Below are positions 60,091-64,000 of a DNA stretch of 64,000 nucleotides, one piece after another (position 1 is the stretch's first letter; each line of letters opens with the position of its first letter). The translations under genes and the position numbers were made by a program. The stretch lies in contig NC_135808.1 in NCBI RefSeq assembly GCF_964213995.1, positions 109,616,001 to 109,680,000 on the forward strand, read 5' to 3'. The notes under the pieces were generated by a model. It worked only from the letters and a program-made list of their open reading frames with translations, did no database searches and was not told the origin of the DNA. Source of the DNA: Mustelus asterias. Taxonomy: Eukaryota.

Positions 60091-62009
60091 GTCTTACTTT
60101 CTGTATGCGGCCATAAAATTCCATGATATACAAGCCAGTTGCTCACGAAAACAAACTGTGAGGTATCACCATGGCTCATTTAGTTACATTACAGTATTTA
60201 GGCTCCAGTCCAGAAGTTCAGTGTGTAATCTAGGGAGACAAGTGAGTGCAGATCTTGGTGATATTTTGGAAAAAAAAAATTTTTCCCTCCAGGTTCATTC
60301 CGTTCAAGAAAGATGATTCAAGAAAGAAAGCAACAAATCCATTTCAAATTCTTTGTCTTCATGTGGTGCACTTTTGCTTGTGGTTGAAAAGGTCAATCCT
60401 TGAGAAGCCGGTTCCACCACAAGTGCCACACTTGAAGCTATCAAGTATTGTTGTGGATTGTTTTTGGCATTGGCATCTTTTGCCACGTCGCTATAGGCAC
60501 TGGTTATCATATTGATGCTCCCCAGCCCACAGGAGGTTGATATTTTCTTCTGTCATCAGCTAATGGTACCCAGGTGCAATAATCGGTGTCTAGGACCTGG
60601 CAAGCATCATTTTCTTAACATCCAATTCTGCGTAAGTTGCTTTGGAGTCTGCTACCATTACATAATATGGCAATGATAAAAAGAATGCGGAGCTAATTAC
60701 AAAGAACAACATCTTGTATGCTCTCAACGGCTTTTATCAACTTGTCCAACCACCTTCATGTATTTGTGAATTTGCACTCCCTGGGCTCTCTCTGCTCCTG
60801 CACCACCCATTCATCCATCATCCCTCCTTTAAAATAGTACCATTAGACATTTGGCGGTACTTGGGCAAACCACAAGTCTCTGCGATTATTTTGCAGTATA
60901 AGTATTGATTGCTTGCTGTAGAAGGTCTCAGCTGACAGGAAATCTATTGCTATCTTTAACTAACTCGGTGAGATCCTTGAAGGGGTGGTGATCTCCAGCT
61001 TGTCGCACTGATCATTGAACAAGGCCACTTGAGTCCGTGTGGTGGCTGCCATCACCCCATGTCCCCACTTCCATCCCTGGGCTTCCTCTACTGTCTATAA
61101 CTGTTACATAAAATTACTGTACTCTGAGAATCCTTTAATTCAGCCAACAGATGAGTAAAATCAGCAACTGAGTAATTCAGTGGATAACTAAAACCCGCTT
61201 TTTAAATCCTGTAAGTTGCTTTTGAAATATAACTTCTCTTTGATATGTTCCCTCCTTTCCAGTACATCTTCAGTTTTTTTTAAAAATGTCTTGAACAAAT
61301 ATTTCCTGTCCACGTCAGGCCATGCATTTGAATAAACTGATTTGTCCAGTCAGTCTGCATGGCATAGTTGTACTATTGGCATACATGCATTTTGCTAAGA
61401 AACCACCAGTCTAATTGAGACCTATTAGAAATTGAAGTTTGGAAATTACCATGCATTTGTGAAATATTTTGATTAGACATCTTAATATCTTGCCATACTT
61501 TAGTGATCTGATTCGCATCAGTTGTGCTTGTTATTTAGCACAGCCTAGAGATTAATTGAATTTGGTTGGTGCTGATGAGTCATGCATCCTTAATGTGGAT
61601 TGCAATGCTGTTTTAGTTCACTTTCCCACTTCCCCATGTGCTTCCGAGAATTGCATTGCCTGCATTTGAGAAGGCAGCTGCTGCTAGTCCCGTGACAGTG
61701 TTGTTAAACAGTTGAAAAGAAAGCAAATCTCAGGTCGTGTTTCCTTAACACCAACCCTCACCACAAAACATGCTAAAGGCTAGAAAGGAAGCTCAATTTT
61801 CCCCACCCTTTTCACCAGAAGGCACAATACAAACTATTGATAAGGTATCTTCAGTCTCCCATAACCAGTTCTGGTAGCACGTGCAGGCCCAGAATTGTTT
61901 CCCAAGATTTGGTATCACAGGGTTATTAAAGATGTACTTTTTGTCAAGCTCTCCCCTTCTCCAAACAGGTTTTTATTATTACTGTGTTCTGGTGTGTTTG
62001 GAATAAAAA

Positions 62010-62362
62010 CATGAATAGGAGTAGGCCCTTGAACCCACTCCACCATTCAGTGAGATCATTGTTGATCTTCCACTTCAACGCCATTTTCCTGCGCTATCCC
62101 TTGATGTTTTAAAATGTGGAAATCTTTTGATCTCAGTCTTGAACATACTCAACAGTTGAGCATCTGCAACACGCTGGGGCAGAGAATTCCAAAGATTTAC
62201 CACCCTATGAGTGAAGAAATTCCTCTTTATAAATGGTCTGCCCCTCTTTCTGAGGCTGTGTCCCTTGGTTCTAGACACCTCAGCCAGGAAGACATTCTTT
62301 CTGCATCTACCCTGTCGAGCCCTGTAAAAATGTTTGAATGATATCGCCTCTTATTCTTCTAA
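62010..62362 (-). mobile_element. CR1 3' fragment
   Basis: RTKGHSL...FFTHRVVNLWNSLP. Confidence 0.9.
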
Positions 62363-62364
62363 AC

Positions 62365-64000
62365 ACCAGAGCTGTGGTTTCCAAATAGTCAATCACGATC
62401 GGTAGGTTGATCCTGGATTGTCATTGGCTGCTGAACCGCTGCCGGCAATGCACAGGAGTCAGGCTTTTCGAATTGAGAAGGGAATGAGCTCATTGACTGC
62501 CAAACCGCTGCCGGAAATGTGCGAGACTTGGGCTTCGTGTGATGACGAGGGAATCAACTCATTGACAGGTGCCAAAATGTGGACTAAGCTGGGTGAAGAC
62601 AAAATGATGAGCGAGGAGCCAGGGACCACAAAGAGGGCAAAAAGCTACCTTTCCCAACTGGAATGGGAAAGGCAAGACCATTTATCAACATAGCTTAACC
62701 TTGAGTAGAAGAGGTAATTTGGAAAGGCATCACAAGACAATGCATGCAAAATTTCAAGAAAATTTCCCTTTAAATAATGGCATTCGGACAAAGAAAGTTT
62801 GGGGAGTTAAAGGGAATGTTGCAAGCTCAATATTCACTGTTTTCAAAACCTGTGGCTAAAGGCAAGGTGAGCAAAGAGGCGTCTTTTTGCATTAGCCATC
62901 TGCTGGCCAAACTTGAATAACTGTTCACCGATGGCAAAGTTATGAAGGAGGCTATAATGGCTGCTGCCGACACCTTGTTCATGACTTTAAAAACAAAGAT
63001 GAAATAATGACAGTCATCAAGAACATGTCGCTTGGTGCTTTAACAGTAGCCACAAGGGTAGAATTTTGTCGGAGGATGTATCTCAGCAAATACACCAAGA
63101 CTTATCAGGCTGAGAGTGTTTCTCACTGCGGTTTGGTGAGTCCGTGGATATGATGAATATGGTCCAACTGTTTTAATTTGCCTGGCATTCAAAAATGCAA
63201 CAACAAGGAGCACTTCCTCACTCTTTGCCACTGAGAGAACAAGAGGCGAGGATGTCTACAATGAATTTACAAGGTATGTGACTGAGAAAAACATTCCAGT
63301 TGAGAAACTGGTTTCAATCACCAGTGAGTGCACTGTCAATGCAGGCTTTGTTGCACTTTGCAGAAGTGATCCTGAATTTCCCTGCTTTGTCAATTACCAC
63401 TGTAATTATCCATCAAGTTCAAGTGAGTATGGTTATTGATCTTTCTCATGTAGTGACAGTTGTTGTCAAGATCACCAACTCAATTTGTGGCAGAGCTTTT
63501 CAACATCGCTTGCTCAAGTAGTTACTCGAGCTTGATGCCACCTATATCTTTCATGCAGATGTGAGTGGTCAAGATGAGGAAAAGTCCTCCAGAGATTTTT
63601 AGATCTGCTCCCTGAAATTGTCACCTTTCTTAAATCAAGAAATGAGGTGTACAGCTAGCCGTCAGATAATAAATACATGGTTGCTAGACTTGGCGTTTCA
63701 TACGGACATAAGTGCAAAATTGAATGAACTGACTGAACTGCAGGGGAGAGACAGATACTTGATCGGTGCAGTGAATGTGTTCAAGTTGAAACTGGGCCTG
63801 TGGGTACTCCCAAGTTAAAGAATAAAATTACTGAGCACCTCCCAAATCTGGAGAAAATCCCACAAGAGATTGAACAGAAAGGGTTCCATCCAAATCAATT
63901 CTGTGACCAACTGAACAAATTGGAAAAGGAATTCAACAGATGATTTCAGGAGTTAGCCAAGATGGAACAAATCAGTGTTTATGTCAAATCCTTTTCTTCA
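62365..64000 (+). mobile_element. Degenerate hAT DNA transposon (GTF2IRD2/SPIN-like transposase), runs off the window
   Basis: WLLDLAFHTDISAKLNEL.ELQG...VNVFKLKL and FTDGKVMKEAI fragments, with many stops and frameshifts. Confidence 0.8.

Noticed and set aside
52000-64000. USP24 exon 2
   Set aside because: No FPTTNLYELE-like peptide was seen; it is presumably beyond the window.

Overview
Eukaryotic, intron-rich and repeat-dense vertebrate DNA, most likely a shark or other cartilaginous fish (inferred from HE1-like V-SINEs, Deu-domain SINEs and CR1/HER1-like LINEs). Four genes can be read. (1) DPH2, minus strand: five coding exons at 7515->1136; the last exon lies left of the window and the promoter is near 14.0-14.5 kb. 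(2) An unrecognised two-exon plus-strand gene (14583/14430-14598 + 17984-18738), head-to-head with DPH2, encoding a single-pass membrane protein with a tyrosine-motif tail. (3) A complete SELENOP2-type gene, minus strand (38120->30929, 261 aa), in which the Sec codon is TGC (Cys) and no SECIS core precedes the polyA signals. (4) Coding exon 1 of USP24 (51673-51999) behind a tandem YY1-site array. The rest is CR1, L2, RTE, Penelope, Gypsy and hAT remnants, SINEs and MITEs. Best leads: a ~330-bp retroposon family headed by U2 snRNA nt 1-39 (three copies, one with a 17-bp TSD, one inserted into another), the Sec-to-Cys SELENOP2, the orphan adaptor-like membrane protein, minimal hammerhead motifs in Penelope ends, and locally templated insertions. 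All calls are by eye. No database searches were run, so novelty is unverified and repeat boundaries are approximate.
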